Shown here one piece after another: positions 7,106-17,359 of a stretch of 64,000 nucleotides of DNA. Under the pieces are notes generated by a model. It saw nothing but the letters and a program-made list of their open reading frames with translations. It had not been told where the DNA came from and ran no database searches. Each line of letters begins with the position of its first letter. Positions within the stretch are counted from its first letter, which is position 1. The DNA is taken from the IMG/VR virus record IMGVR_UViG_3300008262_000024, positions 1-64,000 of that record; one strand, 5' to 3'. Made by a program: the position numbers and the translations under genes. Source of the DNA: a virus.

Positions 7106-8222
7106 GAAGAATGAAATTCAAAATGAAGCATTACAAACTTGGATAGATAATAATTGTAAAGGTTCATTGGCTATGGCTACAGGTTCTGGTAAATCCAGAT
7201 GTGCTCTGTTAGCTATTGAGTATTTGGTAAAGACATTAGGTATTAAAAAACCTAAGATTTTACTTGCTGTTCCCACAGAAAGTCTAAGAGATCAGAACTG
7301 GTTAGATGAATTTAAAAAGTGGAAGATGACAAAATACTACAAGTTTCTTGATAGGTATTGTTATGTTTCACTAAATAAGATTGAAAGTAATCATTATGAT
7401 CTCATTATATTAGATGAGCTTCAGAACATTACTGAAAATAATTCTAAATTCTTTACTCAGAATACTTCTGATAGAGTTCTTGGTCTATCTGCTACTCCAC
7501 CATCTGATGAAATTAAGAAGATGTTGGTTAAGTTACATTGTCCTGTAGTATATGAATATAAACTGGATGATGCTGTAGAAAATGGTGTTGTTGCTCCATA
7601 TAGAATCAATCTTGTACAAATACAGTTAGATAACACTAACAAGTATATACAAGCTGGTACTAAAGCAAAACCATTTTTGACTACAGAATATAATCACTAT
7701 CAATATTTATCTAAACAAATATTGCAGTTAAAGTATGCTGGTAAGCAAAAAGCTGCTATGTTTGCACAATTAAACAGGCAACGATTCTTAGGTAATCTTA
7801 AATCTAAAACAGATGTTGCTAAACTAATTAGAGATAAGTATATTACAAATGATAGGTCATTAATATTCTGTCATTCAATAGCTCAAGCTGAAGAGATGTG
7901 TTCAGATACCTTTCATTCTAAATCAAAAGGTAATAGTTTAGCTAGACTAAGGGCTAAAGAGATTGACAAACTTAGTTGTGTTAAAGCATTAAATGAGGGT
8001 GAGAACATACCAGATTTAGATTCTGCTATTATTATTCAAGTAAATAGTGTAGAAAGAAACATTATACAGCAAATGGGTAGAATTGTAAGATTTAGACCTA
8101 ATCATGAAGCTGTTATATGGATTTTAGTTACAATAGGTACACAAGATGAAGTATGGTGGGAAAAATGTTCAGAGAACTTAGATAAACAAAAAATAACATT
8201 CATTAATTCTAGAAATCTATGA
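7092..8222 (+). CDS. Superfamily 2 (DExH-like) helicase
   Basis: Walker A MATGSGKS, ILDELQ, GLSATP, LNEGENIP, QQMGRIVR. Confidence 0.92.
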   Translation: MSTTKKNEIQNEALQTWIDNNCKGSLAMATGSGKSRCALLAIEYLVKTLGIKKPKILLAVPTESLRDQNWLDEFKKWKMTKYYKFLDRYCYVSLNKIESNHYDLIILDELQNITENNSKFFTQNTSDRVLGLSATPPSDEIKKMLVKLHCPVVYEYKLDDAVENGVVAPYRINLVQIQLDNTNKYIQAGTKAKPFLTTEYNHYQYLSKQILQLKYAGKQKAAMFAQLNRQRFLGNLKSKTDVAKLIRDKYITNDRSLIFCHSIAQAEEMCSDTFHSKSKGNSLARLRAKEIDKLSCVKALNEGENIPDLDSAIIIQVNSVERNIIQQMGRIVRFRPNHEAVIWILVTIGTQDEVWWEKCSENLDKQKITFINSRNL

Positions 8223-8428
8223 CAAAAGATGAGTTAGTATTCTGCATTAACTGTATAAAATCAGTTTATCCAGGAATTTGGAGCAATACTCCAGAAAAAG
8301 TAAAACTATTGATAAACGATGTTTATGAAGTTGATGTGGAATTATCACAAGTTGAGGAACTATACAATGAAAGGATTATAGAGGAGGATGATTATGACTT
8401 AATGTTTAAAAATAATGGGTACTATTAA
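8219..8428 (+). CDS. Hypothetical protein
   Basis: ATGA-coupled 69-aa ORF. Confidence 0.65.
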   Translation: MTKDELVFCINCIKSVYPGIWSNTPEKVKLLINDVYEVDVELSQVEELYNERIIEEDDYDLMFKNNGYY

Positions 8429-8807
8429 AACAATTGTAGGATTAGATAATATTGTAGATTATTCAGAGAATTTTACAGAAGGTAAGAATTCATTTTATGA
8501 ATTACTATCTTATGTTAAAGAAGGAACTGATATAATGACAATATTTGATACTACAGATGAAAAAATTGCTTTCTTTACTTCAGGTAAAACTGAAGATGGA
8601 AGCAAAGAGTTTCTGCTATTTATTGGTGATACTGCAATAGATATTGTTAGATTCTTTGAAGGTAAGTATACACAACTATATTTAGATTCATCTTTATCTG
8701 ATGAGGATAGAGAGAAACAAGCTAAATCTATTATAGTTATGTCTACATCACTAGTTCAAATAGCAGGTTTAAAAGAGGAGGATTTAGAAGATGAAGATAG
8801 TAATTGA
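8415..8807 (+). CDS. Hypothetical acidic protein
   Basis: 130-aa ORF overlapping both neighbours. Confidence 0.7.
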   Translation: MGTIKTIVGLDNIVDYSENFTEGKNSFYELLSYVKEGTDIMTIFDTTDEKIAFFTSGKTEDGSKEFLLFIGDTAIDIVRFFEGKYTQLYLDSSLSDEDREKQAKSIIVMSTSLVQIAGLKEEDLEDEDSN

Positions 8808-9297
8808 CACAGAAGTAACTGATAATCTTGGACTCACAGTATTAGAATATGCATATTTACATGTATTAGCTAATGGGTTACCAACAGAACTTGATTTTTC
8901 TACTGTAATAGAATTAGGTTATATGAATCAAGATTTTGAGATAACTAATGAAGGTTTAGATGTAATAAGACCAAAAGTATCTGATGCAATGATGTTATTT
9001 GTTAAGACTTATGATACTTATCCTCACAAAGTTGGTACTAGGGTATTAAAAGCTAAAAGTATTGACTCTGCTGATGGTAAGCATTGTCTTAGTAAGTTCA
9101 ATCATTATTTGAGAAAAGATTCTAATGTTGCAGAGAGAATGTACAAAGGTTTAGTTGTAGAGATGAAACTTAGAAAGAAGGGTAATAGTGAAAACTTCTT
9201 TCAGGATATTAGAACATGGTTTAATCAAATGACATGGGATAAATATGCTGATTTAGATATTGAAATTAATACTGATGAAAGGGTTGAAAGGATATGA
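8791..9297 (+). CDS. Putative replication initiator / helicase loader-like protein
   Basis: Directly upstream of DnaB; YP.KVG...TWFNQ..W C-terminal pattern seen in phage replication proteins. Confidence 0.55.
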   Translation: MKIVIDTEVTDNLGLTVLEYAYLHVLANGLPTELDFSTVIELGYMNQDFEITNEGLDVIRPKVSDAMMLFVKTYDTYPHKVGTRVLKAKSIDSADGKHCLSKFNHYLRKDSNVAERMYKGLVVEMKLRKKGNSENFFQDIRTWFNQMTWDKYADLDIEINTDERVERI

Positions 9298-10337
9298 GTT
9301 TTCTAACTACAAGAATTGAACAAGGTCTAAGTGGTAAGTATCAGGGCTTATCAAATGGATTTGACACACTTAATAAATATGTATTTGGTATTCAAAGAGG
9401 CACTTATTATCTAATAGGTGGTAGTTCTGGTACTTATAAGACCACACTACTAGATTATATGATAAGAAATGCTATTAAAAATGCTCAAGACAATAATATT
9501 AAGTACAATGTTTTTTATTATTCTTTTGAGATAGATAAGATAACTAAGATGTGTAACTGGACATCTAGTATTATCTATCAGTTACATGGAATAGTAATTC
9601 CTCCTGAAAAAATTAAAGGTTTAGGTAATTTCAGATTAACAGATGAAGAGAAACAAATAGTTTTTAATGTCATACCTATTGTAGAACAAATGGCAGATAG
9701 TATAAACTTTAGATTTGATTCTATTAATCCAACAGGTATTTACAATGAGTTATTTAAGTTTGCAGTAGCTAATGGTGAAGTAATCTTTGAAGATTATACT
9801 GACACTGATGGTAGTGTAAAGAAAAGAATAGCTGGTTATAAACCAAATGATCCTAATAGCTACAACATTATAGCATTAGACCATTTGTATCTGTTGAAAA
9901 AAGAGAGAGGCTTTCAAACTAAGGAAGTTATGGATAAGATGAGTGAGTATTTTGTAATCTTGAGAAATCTCTTTGGTTTTACACCTATTGTCTTACAGCA
10001 GTTTAATCAAGGCTTAAGTTCTGTTGATAGACAAAAGTTTAAAGGTGTAGACTTATCTCCTTCTCAAGGTGACTTTAAAGACACTACTAATCCCTATCAA
10101 GATGCTGACGTAGTTCTAGGTCTAATGTGTCCATATAAACTAGATATGGATACTTCACTAGGCTATGATATTAGTAAACTAAAAGACAGAATGCTTATGT
10201 TGAAGATAATCAAGAACAGATTATCTAGAGATGGTATAGCAAAAGGTCTATATGTTAAACCTGAATCTGGTAAATTCTTTGAATTACCTGAACCTGACAG
10301 TTTAGAAATAAATAAATATTATAACAAACAAATCTAA
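9294..10337 (+). CDS. dnaB: DnaB-like replicative helicase
   Basis: GGSSGTYKTT Walker A, FYYSFE, IIALDH, LQQFNQ, QDADVV, IIKNR. Confidence 0.9.
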   Translation: MSFLTTRIEQGLSGKYQGLSNGFDTLNKYVFGIQRGTYYLIGGSSGTYKTTLLDYMIRNAIKNAQDNNIKYNVFYYSFEIDKITKMCNWTSSIIYQLHGIVIPPEKIKGLGNFRLTDEEKQIVFNVIPIVEQMADSINFRFDSINPTGIYNELFKFAVANGEVIFEDYTDTDGSVKKRIAGYKPNDPNSYNIIALDHLYLLKKERGFQTKEVMDKMSEYFVILRNLFGFTPIVLQQFNQGLSSVDRQKFKGVDLSPSQGDFKDTTNPYQDADVVLGLMCPYKLDMDTSLGYDISKLKDRMLMLKIIKNRLSRDGIAKGLYVKPESGKFFELPEPDSLEINKYYNKQI

Positions 10338-10348
10338 ATTTAATTAAA

Positions 10349-10828
10349 ATGGAAAGATCAATCTTTTTAGTAGATGACTTATCAATTGCAACTGCTTGTG
10401 TAGCATTTGCTGAACAACTTGGTTTAAATGTAGAACCAGAAATCTTGTTAAGATTAGAACAAGATCAGTATATTACTACTGGTAGTAAAAACTATGATGT
10501 AAATTTTATCAAGAATGAATCATTTGCTCAGAAAAAAGCATCTGAAGCTGATATTTTTATATCATTGATTAGTGAAGATTATATGGATTTCATTGAAAAC
10601 TGTATAAATGAACACAATTCAGTATCTGATGAAGATGATATTACATTGGAAGATGTAAGAAGACCAGATGATGAAACTGTAGCTGCATTATTTGCAAAAG
10701 TTAAAAACCAAAAGAAATCTCCAGCAAAATATTATGTTGTTGATAGAAATGGTTCTTGGGTAGCAAGTACAAGTGCTGATGGTGCTTATGGTAACTTAGC
10801 TACACTTTATGATTTTGTAGCAAACTAA
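10349..10828 (+). CDS. Hypothetical protein
   Basis: 159-aa ORF followed by a terminator. Confidence 0.75.
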   Translation: MERSIFLVDDLSIATACVAFAEQLGLNVEPEILLRLEQDQYITTGSKNYDVNFIKNESFAQKKASEADIFISLISEDYMDFIENCINEHNSVSDEDDITLEDVRRPDDETVAALFAKVKNQKKSPAKYYVVDRNGSWVASTSADGAYGNLATLYDFVAN

Positions 10829-10846
10829 CTGTAAATTATAAACAAT

Positions 10847-10881
10847 AGTACCCTATGCTTATAGTGTAGGGTACTTTTTTT
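10847..10881 (+). terminator. Rho-independent terminator
   Basis: AGTACCCTATGCT/AGTGTAGGGTACT stem plus T-run. Confidence 0.85.
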
Positions 10882-10891
10882 ATTATGTATT

Positions 10892-12478
10892 ATGAGTAAA
10901 ATAATAATTAGTCAAGTTTCAAGAAACACAATAAAATTAAAACTACCAGCAGAATTACAATACTATATTTCATTAAATAAATCTAGTAGGTTTATTTATA
11001 TAAACTTTGCACAAGATCCTGCTAATCCAAAAAACAAAATACTTATAATTAAAAATAGTTATTATTATAGTTATGATCGCAATTATTATGAGTATTTAAC
11101 TTATGTACAAAATAAGAGAAGAACTCAAATTTTGATAAATCCTACTATACAACTCAGAAGTAATAGAGCTGGCATATCATCATTATATACTCATAATAAC
11201 ATAGATGGTATTTGTGATGTATATAATCTTGATTACACTATATATGAGAAAGGATCAGAGTATTGTATTATAGCAAAGTTTAAAGTAGATAAGCATATTG
11301 ATATATGTGGTAATAACATGGGTGGATTTAGTAGAATATCTAATAATATTATTAATAAGTCATTTGATACATATTCAATTGATAATGCAAGTGCATTAGA
11401 TGAATTCTATCATTATGTGAAAGAAGAAAATAATACTATTACATATCTTACTAAAGCTAAATATCTACAAGCAGTTGTTAGTATGATTAAAGCAGGTTAT
11501 GATAATGAGTATGCTAATGATAATGTTAATCATTTTACTAATTACATGAGAACTGTATCATATAGTAAGTTTTTTATAAAATCATTTAAAGATTTTGATG
11601 AAAAGAAGATACAAGCATATTTAGAATATAATAAGATGCTAAATAGTTATGATCCTGAATTATTTGAAATTGTTAGTGGTGAGAAAATTGAATATTATTA
11701 TCACTACAATAATTATTTTAAAAATTCAGGTGAGTTAGGTAGTTCTTGTATGCGTAATGATGCTAATCAGAGTCAAATTAGATTCTATGCTTTAAATAAC
11801 AATGTTAGTTTAATTGTAATGAAACCAAAGGGTGTAAATTCTATTTTAGGTAGAGCATTATTGTGGACTACAACAGATGGTACTAAAGTTATGGATAGAA
11901 TTTATGTTTGTGATACAAAGCTTATATCATTGTTTCATAGATATGCTTCAGAAAATGGTTTTGTTAATATCTATAATCATAGAAAGTGGTGTAATGGTGG
12001 TAATAAAGATATTACAAAAATGTCTCCTGGTTATTGGGAAAATAAATATGATAAGAATTTTATTGTTGATTTGAATTATATTCCATCTAAAGTAACATCT
12101 GCATCATATAAATTACAGTATGATTTACATATTAGTAGACAAACTTCTATCAATAGTCCATATGGTTTACCATATCTAGACAATTTTAATTTACTTAATA
12201 GTGAAACTTCTCAGTTAAGTGTATCAACATTAAAAGATACATTTAAATGTTCATTAAGTGGTAAGTTTGTAAATCAAGATAATGTTTTATATTCATCAGA
12301 ACAAGTTTATGATATTAATTCTGTAAGAAATATTAATGGTTCTTATCAACTATTACCTGATATTGTATCATTAGATGATGATGATTTAGAAGAAGATGAA
12401 TGGTTAGAAGAATTAGATGAGACTGAAGAACAAGTTCCTGAAATAACAATGACAAATAATAATAACAATGACTTTTAA
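10892..12478 (+). CDS. Conserved phage protein of unknown function (SCMR/GRALLW/MDRIY family)
   Basis: GSSCMR, ILGRALLW, VMDRIY and PYLD motifs; acidic tail. Confidence 0.7.
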   Translation: MSKIIISQVSRNTIKLKLPAELQYYISLNKSSRFIYINFAQDPANPKNKILIIKNSYYYSYDRNYYEYLTYVQNKRRTQILINPTIQLRSNRAGISSLYTHNNIDGICDVYNLDYTIYEKGSEYCIIAKFKVDKHIDICGNNMGGFSRISNNIINKSFDTYSIDNASALDEFYHYVKEENNTITYLTKAKYLQAVVSMIKAGYDNEYANDNVNHFTNYMRTVSYSKFFIKSFKDFDEKKIQAYLEYNKMLNSYDPELFEIVSGEKIEYYYHYNNYFKNSGELGSSCMRNDANQSQIRFYALNNNVSLIVMKPKGVNSILGRALLWTTTDGTKVMDRIYVCDTKLISLFHRYASENGFVNIYNHRKWCNGGNKDITKMSPGYWENKYDKNFIVDLNYIPSKVTSASYKLQYDLHISRQTSINSPYGLPYLDNFNLLNSETSQLSVSTLKDTFKCSLSGKFVNQDNVLYSSEQVYDINSVRNINGSYQLLPDIVSLDDDDLEEDEWLEELDETEEQVPEITMTNNNNNDF

Positions 12479-13700
12479 TGAAGAATTATTAATTGAAGTT
12501 TTAGGCTGGCAGTCTGAATCTTCTAAAGAGAAAGAACAAATAATACCAACACTTAACAATTATCTTAAATTACTTAACAATAAATACTCTTTAGTTGTAG
12601 AAGAAGATGCACATGGTAATATATATGTTACTAAAGGTAAAGCAGATTTTTACCCTTGTGTAGTGTCACATTTAGATCAGGTTCATAGATTCTGTCCTAA
12701 TAAAACTATTGTTAGAAATGGTGATTACTTGTTAGCATTTGATGGTGCTAGACAAGTAGGTACTGGTGGTGATGATCTTGTAGGTGTATTTATGTGTCTA
12801 AATCTGTTAGATGCTGTAGATAATATCAAAGTTGCATTCTTCCTTCAAGAAGAAATTGGATGCATAGGTTCTAATTCCTGTGATTTAGATTTCTTCAAAG
12901 ATTGTAAGTTTATAGGTCAAGCAGATAGAAAAGGTGATGCAGATTTTATAAATTATTCTAATGGGGTTAAATTATTTGACCAAGAATTTAGTACATTTGT
13001 AGCACCAATCCTAGAAGGTTATAAGTATAAAGAGTGTACTGGCATTGCAACAGATGTTGGTGCACTATCTAAAAGAAATGTTGGTATTGCATGTTTCAAC
13101 ATATCTTGTGGTTATCATAATCCTCATACTTCAACAGAGTATGTAGTAATATCACAAGTTGAAAATTGTTACAATGTAATTCTTGACATTATTTCATCTG
13201 CTGATAAGCAGTATACTTATGTTAGACCTGCAGATAAACCTGTATATCATAAGGCTCAAGGTAAAAGTCCATTGTATGATAAATTATATGCATTATTTAA
13301 AAGTAGCCCAAAGTATATAAAATCTAATAAAATGTCTTATGCATATAGTATTGCATTTGATTTTTTCATTGACTTTATAGAAAATTATGATAGACTTGTT
13401 GATTCTGCACAACCTGATTATCCTTATTTGTCAGATATGATTGAAGAGTTTATTGATTATATGAATGAAGAAGAAGAACTTAAAAGACAAGATGATTTAG
13501 AAAATAAAACATTATCTAAACAGCTTGGATTATTTGATGAGAATTGTCAGCATAGAAATGTGAAATATGATAATACTATGTCACAGTATTATTGTATGGA
13601 TTGTTTTAACTATGTAGATGATAAGAGTACATTCTATGATCAGGAAACTTTAAATCCTAGATTAGGATATGGTTATTTAAATGAAAGAGGATATTATTAA
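12468..13700 (+). CDS. M20/M28-like zinc metallopeptidase
   Basis: SHLDQVH, GGDD, QEEIGCIGS, QADR and GYHNPHT ligand pattern; C-terminal Cys cluster. Confidence 0.85.
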   Translation: MTFNEELLIEVLGWQSESSKEKEQIIPTLNNYLKLLNNKYSLVVEEDAHGNIYVTKGKADFYPCVVSHLDQVHRFCPNKTIVRNGDYLLAFDGARQVGTGGDDLVGVFMCLNLLDAVDNIKVAFFLQEEIGCIGSNSCDLDFFKDCKFIGQADRKGDADFINYSNGVKLFDQEFSTFVAPILEGYKYKECTGIATDVGALSKRNVGIACFNISCGYHNPHTSTEYVVISQVENCYNVILDIISSADKQYTYVRPADKPVYHKAQGKSPLYDKLYALFKSSPKYIKSNKMSYAYSIAFDFFIDFIENYDRLVDSAQPDYPYLSDMIEEFIDYMNEEEELKRQDDLENKTLSKQLGLFDENCQHRNVKYDNTMSQYYCMDCFNYVDDKSTFYDQETLNPRLGYGYLNERGYY

Positions 13701-13725
13701 TAAACAAGTAAACAATTAAATTAAA

Positions 13726-14067
13726 ATGGAAATTGTACAAAACGAAGAAACCCCTGTGGTTGAGAATGTATCAGAAACAACTGATCCTAGTGAACAAATG
13801 AAAGCAGAATACATTGCTTATGTTAATGAGATTAAAACTCAACGCTATCCTTGTGATACAAGAGTTGAAGCTATTGATAGCATTAACACTCTATGTAAAG
13901 TGCTTGAATTAACAACTGTTGTTCCTAAGACAGAATTACAGAACAGAGATGGTCAGAGAACACCAATTATCATTGGTGGTACTCCTATTGACTTAGTTAA
14001 GAGTCAATATCCTGGTTTATATCCTGTATTAGTAGAACGCATTTTAGAATTAGCTGCTAAACTGTAA
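13726..14067 (+). CDS. Hypothetical protein
   Basis: 113-aa ORF with a strong A-rich leader. Confidence 0.75.
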   Translation: MEIVQNEETPVVENVSETTDPSEQMKAEYIAYVNEIKTQRYPCDTRVEAIDSINTLCKVLELTTVVPKTELQNRDGQRTPIIIGGTPIDLVKSQYPGLYPVLVERILELAAKL

Positions 14068-14068
14068 C

Positions 14069-14797
14069 ATGATTAATTTACCAACTCAAAAGGTAGCTGC
14101 TACAAGAGCTAACCCTAAGAGGATGGTTATCTATTCAAAGCCAAAGGCTGGTAAAACATCAGCCTTGGCTCTGTTAGATAATTGTCTAATTCTAGACTTC
14201 GAGAATGGCTCTGATTATGTTGAAGCTCTCAAACTTAAAATTGATAGTCTTGCAACATTGAAAGCTGTTGGTCAGGAAATTGTTAAAGCTAATAGACCTT
14301 ACAAGTACATTGCAGTAGACACTGTTACTGCATTGGAAGAAATGTGTTTGTCATATGCAAAGACACTCTATATGGAAACTCCTATGGGTAAGAACTTTGC
14401 AGGTGATAGTGTGTTGAAATTACCTAATGGTGCAGGTTATCTATATCTTAGAGAAGCTTTCTTTAAGATTCTAGATTACATTGAAACATTGGTACCAGAA
14501 GATGGTAGTATTATTCTACTAGGTCACTTAAAAGATAAAATGCTAGAAACTAATGGTAAAGAAGTATCAGCAGTAGACTTAGATTTATCAGGTAAGATTA
14601 AATCTATTGTATGTGCTAAAGCAGATGCTATTGGTTTATTGAGCAGAAAGTCTGATAAAGTGACTCTAAACTTTAAAACTTCAGAAGAAGTAACATGTGG
14701 TGCAAGACCTGACCACTTGAAAAATCAAGAAATTACATTAACTGAAATGGTTGATGGTAAACTAACAGGCAATTGGGATAAAGTATTCCTTAAATAA
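14069..14797 (+). CDS. AAA-family ATPase (AAA_24/Sak4-like recombination protein)
   Basis: YSKPKAGKT Walker A, ILDFENG, IAVDTVT, LLGH. Confidence 0.85.
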   Translation: MINLPTQKVAATRANPKRMVIYSKPKAGKTSALALLDNCLILDFENGSDYVEALKLKIDSLATLKAVGQEIVKANRPYKYIAVDTVTALEEMCLSYAKTLYMETPMGKNFAGDSVLKLPNGAGYLYLREAFFKILDYIETLVPEDGSIILLGHLKDKMLETNGKEVSAVDLDLSGKIKSIVCAKADAIGLLSRKSDKVTLNFKTSEEVTCGARPDHLKNQEITLTEMVDGKLTGNWDKVFLK

Positions 14798-14821
14798 TAA
14801 CAATAAATAAATTTTAAAATT

Positions 14822-15382
14822 ATGTTCGGTGGACAAGATGTTCAAGAAGTAAACAAGCCTAAGTATATTAGACCAGGCATTCATGAAGTAACAATTAAAT
14901 CTGTTAAAGGTGAAACTAATCAAAATGGTAATCCTGTAATTACATTCTCTCTTTATCTAAAAGATGGTGATGCAGAAGCAACTACTGATTTCCGTTTCTA
15001 TCTTTCAGAGAAAGCAGCACCTACATCTTACAAGAAAATTAGACACATCTTTACTAAAGTTGTAAAAGATGCTGACTATCTTTCTTCTAAAGCCAACACT
15101 ATCGAAGAACTTGGTGAAGTATACAACAATAAACTTGCTGGTAATTCATTGAGAATTAAATTCAATGGTGAAGGTTATCTTAAACAAGATGGTAATACTG
15201 GACTAAGAGCTTCTATTGGTCTTCCTGAATTTGCAGAAGCAATTCAAGATGGTGCTGAATATCCTGCAGTAGCTAGTACCAAATTGGTATTTAATGAAGA
15301 CAGAGATGTAAAGCCTGTTGCTAAAGTTCCAGATACTGATTCATTTGTAGCTCCAACAACAGCCAATGACTTACCATTCTAA
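14822..15382 (+). CDS. Putative ssDNA-binding protein
   Basis: Follows the Sak4-like ATPase; beta-rich PGIHEVTIK N-terminus; NDLPF C-terminal tip typical of SSBs. Confidence 0.7.
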   Translation: MFGGQDVQEVNKPKYIRPGIHEVTIKSVKGETNQNGNPVITFSLYLKDGDAEATTDFRFYLSEKAAPTSYKKIRHIFTKVVKDADYLSSKANTIEELGEVYNNKLAGNSLRIKFNGEGYLKQDGNTGLRASIGLPEFAEAIQDGAEYPAVASTKLVFNEDRDVKPVAKVPDTDSFVAPTTANDLPF

Positions 15383-16394
15383 TTTTGGTGGTGTTGATGT
15401 AAATCACTTTACTAAAGATATGGTGCTCAGAGAAGTTTCTGAGTACCAAATCTTTAAGTATTATTGTAAGAACTTTATTGATGTAAATAAATTATTTTGC
15501 TCAGATTTAAGATTTGATAAAACTCCATCATGTTCTATTAAAGCATTTCCTAAAGGATTGTATTATAAGGATTTTGGTACAGGAGAATATCATGATTGTT
15601 TTTCATATGTACAGAGGTACATGAAAGTCAAGTTTAATGAAGATTTAAATTTTCAAGAAACTCTTAGAATTATAGCTAATGATTTAGGTATCATTAAAAA
15701 GTTAGACAATAAAAAAATTATACCATCTCTGAATTATGTAGGCTTACCTGATAAGCTTGATAGGTATAGTACAGTTATAAAGATTAAAAAGAGAGATTGG
15801 AGAGGTAGTGATATCTATTGGGATAAATACTACCTCAACAGAGATATACTTAATTTTTATAATGTAGTTCCTATTACAGATTATTGGATAAGTGTAAATA
15901 ATGAAGAACTTGTAAATGTATATACAGAGTCTGTTGAAGATTATGCATATAGTTATGAGCATGGTAATGGTATGAGAAAAATTCTTAGACCAAATGCTGA
16001 GAAAAGTAAGAAATGGACTAGTAATATTCCAAGACACATATTTAGTGGTTGGAATCAATTAGAACAACATTCTGATAAACTAGTTATAACAAAAGGCTTA
16101 AAAGATTGCATGGTATTCAGATTGTTTGGTATAAATGCAATTAGTCCACAAAGTGAAATGATGTTTCTAAATGAAAATCAGTTTGAATTATTATCATTAA
16201 GATTTAAAGAGATAATAATTAACTATGACAATGATGAAACAGGTATTTCTAATATGAAGAAGTTTTCAGAGAAATTTGGAATAAGAAGTTTTCTCATACC
16301 TGATGGTATAAAAGATATTTCAGATTACATATCCATTAAGGGATATGATCTAACTAAACAATTAACAATAAATTTAAATGATTATTTATTATGA
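15366..16394 (+). CDS. dnaG: DNA primase (TOPRIM)
   Basis: N-terminal LRFDKTPSC..YKDFG..DCF domain; LVITKGLKD and NYDNDETG TOPRIM motifs; KDISDY. Confidence 0.88.
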   Translation: MTYHSNFGGVDVNHFTKDMVLREVSEYQIFKYYCKNFIDVNKLFCSDLRFDKTPSCSIKAFPKGLYYKDFGTGEYHDCFSYVQRYMKVKFNEDLNFQETLRIIANDLGIIKKLDNKKIIPSLNYVGLPDKLDRYSTVIKIKKRDWRGSDIYWDKYYLNRDILNFYNVVPITDYWISVNNEELVNVYTESVEDYAYSYEHGNGMRKILRPNAEKSKKWTSNIPRHIFSGWNQLEQHSDKLVITKGLKDCMVFRLFGINAISPQSEMMFLNENQFELLSLRFKEIIINYDNDETGISNMKKFSEKFGIRSFLIPDGIKDISDYISIKGYDLTKQLTINLNDYLL

Positions 16395-16687
16395 GAACTA
16401 TTAATATCTCACAAAGAGAAGTTGCTGCTTTTAAAGCATACAAGACAGACATTAAAACAATGGCAGACCATTTTGGTGTATCTATTAAAGATATGAGAAA
16501 TGTACTTGTTACATTTGGATTTGCTAAACCAACAGCTACAACAGTTGATTATGTAATTAATCCTGTATTTGACATGCCAGTTAAACCAACTACTGACATT
16601 CCAAATACTATTGTTTCAGAAGTTACATCTAACTATCCTGAAACTAACTATTCTGCAGAAGTAAATGCTTTTGTTACTGAAGGTTAA
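16391..16687 (+). CDS. Hypothetical protein (possible HTH)
   Basis: IKTMADHFGVSIKDMRNVL resembles a helix-turn-helix. Confidence 0.65.
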   Translation: MRTINISQREVAAFKAYKTDIKTMADHFGVSIKDMRNVLVTFGFAKPTATTVDYVINPVFDMPVKPTTDIPNTIVSEVTSNYPETNYSAEVNAFVTEG

Positions 16688-16703
16688 TTTCCATTAACAA
16701 CTT

Positions 16704-16731
16704 AAGTGGGGGATTTTATCTCCCACTTTTT
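16704..16731 (+). terminator. Rho-independent terminator
   Basis: AAGTGGGGGA/TCTCCCACTT stem plus T-run. Confidence 0.8.
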
Positions 16732-16732
16732 A

Positions 16733-16740
16733 TATATTTG
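16733..16740 (+). promoter_or_regulatory. Bacteroidota -7 promoter element
   Basis: TATATTTG immediately after the terminator, ending 4 nt before ATG 16744. Confidence 0.6.
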
Positions 16741-16743
16741 TGT

Positions 16744-16935
16744 ATGGATAAATTAATAGAATCTTTACTTCAAGTTCTTTATAAGAAAAGAGATGCTTGT
16801 GATAGAGTAGCAACTGAACTTGATACTATTACAGCTGATGATTTAACTATAAGGTTTTATGAAGGTAAAGTTGAAGCATATCAAGATGTGATTAATATGC
16901 TTACTAATAACAAAACTTATGAGGAAACCAGATAG
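16744..16935 (+). CDS. Hypothetical protein
   Basis: ORF 16738..16935; ATG start at 16744 (MDKLIE). Confidence 0.65.
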   Translation: MDKLIESLLQVLYKKRDACDRVATELDTITADDLTIRFYEGKVEAYQDVINMLTNNKTYEETR

Positions 16936-17359
16936 AAAGAAGATCAAGAATAAGAATGAACTACCTTCTGAAAAAATTAAGTCTAAACCTAATGTTAGAA
17001 GAATAGGACATAATTATGAAAGAAAGATAGTTAAAGAGCTAAAAGACCTAGGTTTTGATAGAGCTGCTACAACAAGAGCTACAAGTAGAATTATGGATGA
17101 TGCCAAAATAGATGTCAATGGTGTTACTTATAATATACAATGTAAAGCTGTTAAATCAGGTCTAAATGTTTTTCTTGTTCTTGAAGATATGGAAGAAAGT
17201 ATCCCCAAACTTGTACCAGAAAGGGAAGATTACGTTAACGTAGTATTTCACAAGAAAGAAAAGGATGAGGTTGTGGTATTAAGAAAAGAAGACTGGTATC
17301 TTATAATTAAAAAATTACTTCAACATGGAATTACAATCAGAAAGAGTAGCCGTAATTGA
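16919..17359 (+). CDS. Holliday junction resolvase-like PD-(D/E)XK nuclease
   Basis: G..YERKI..ELK.LGF ... ID ... IQCK motif. Confidence 0.8.
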   Translation: MRKPDRKKIKNKNELPSEKIKSKPNVRRIGHNYERKIVKELKDLGFDRAATTRATSRIMDDAKIDVNGVTYNIQCKAVKSGLNVFLVLEDMEESIPKLVPEREDYVNVVFHKKEKDEVVVLRKEDWYLIIKKLLQHGITIRKSSRN

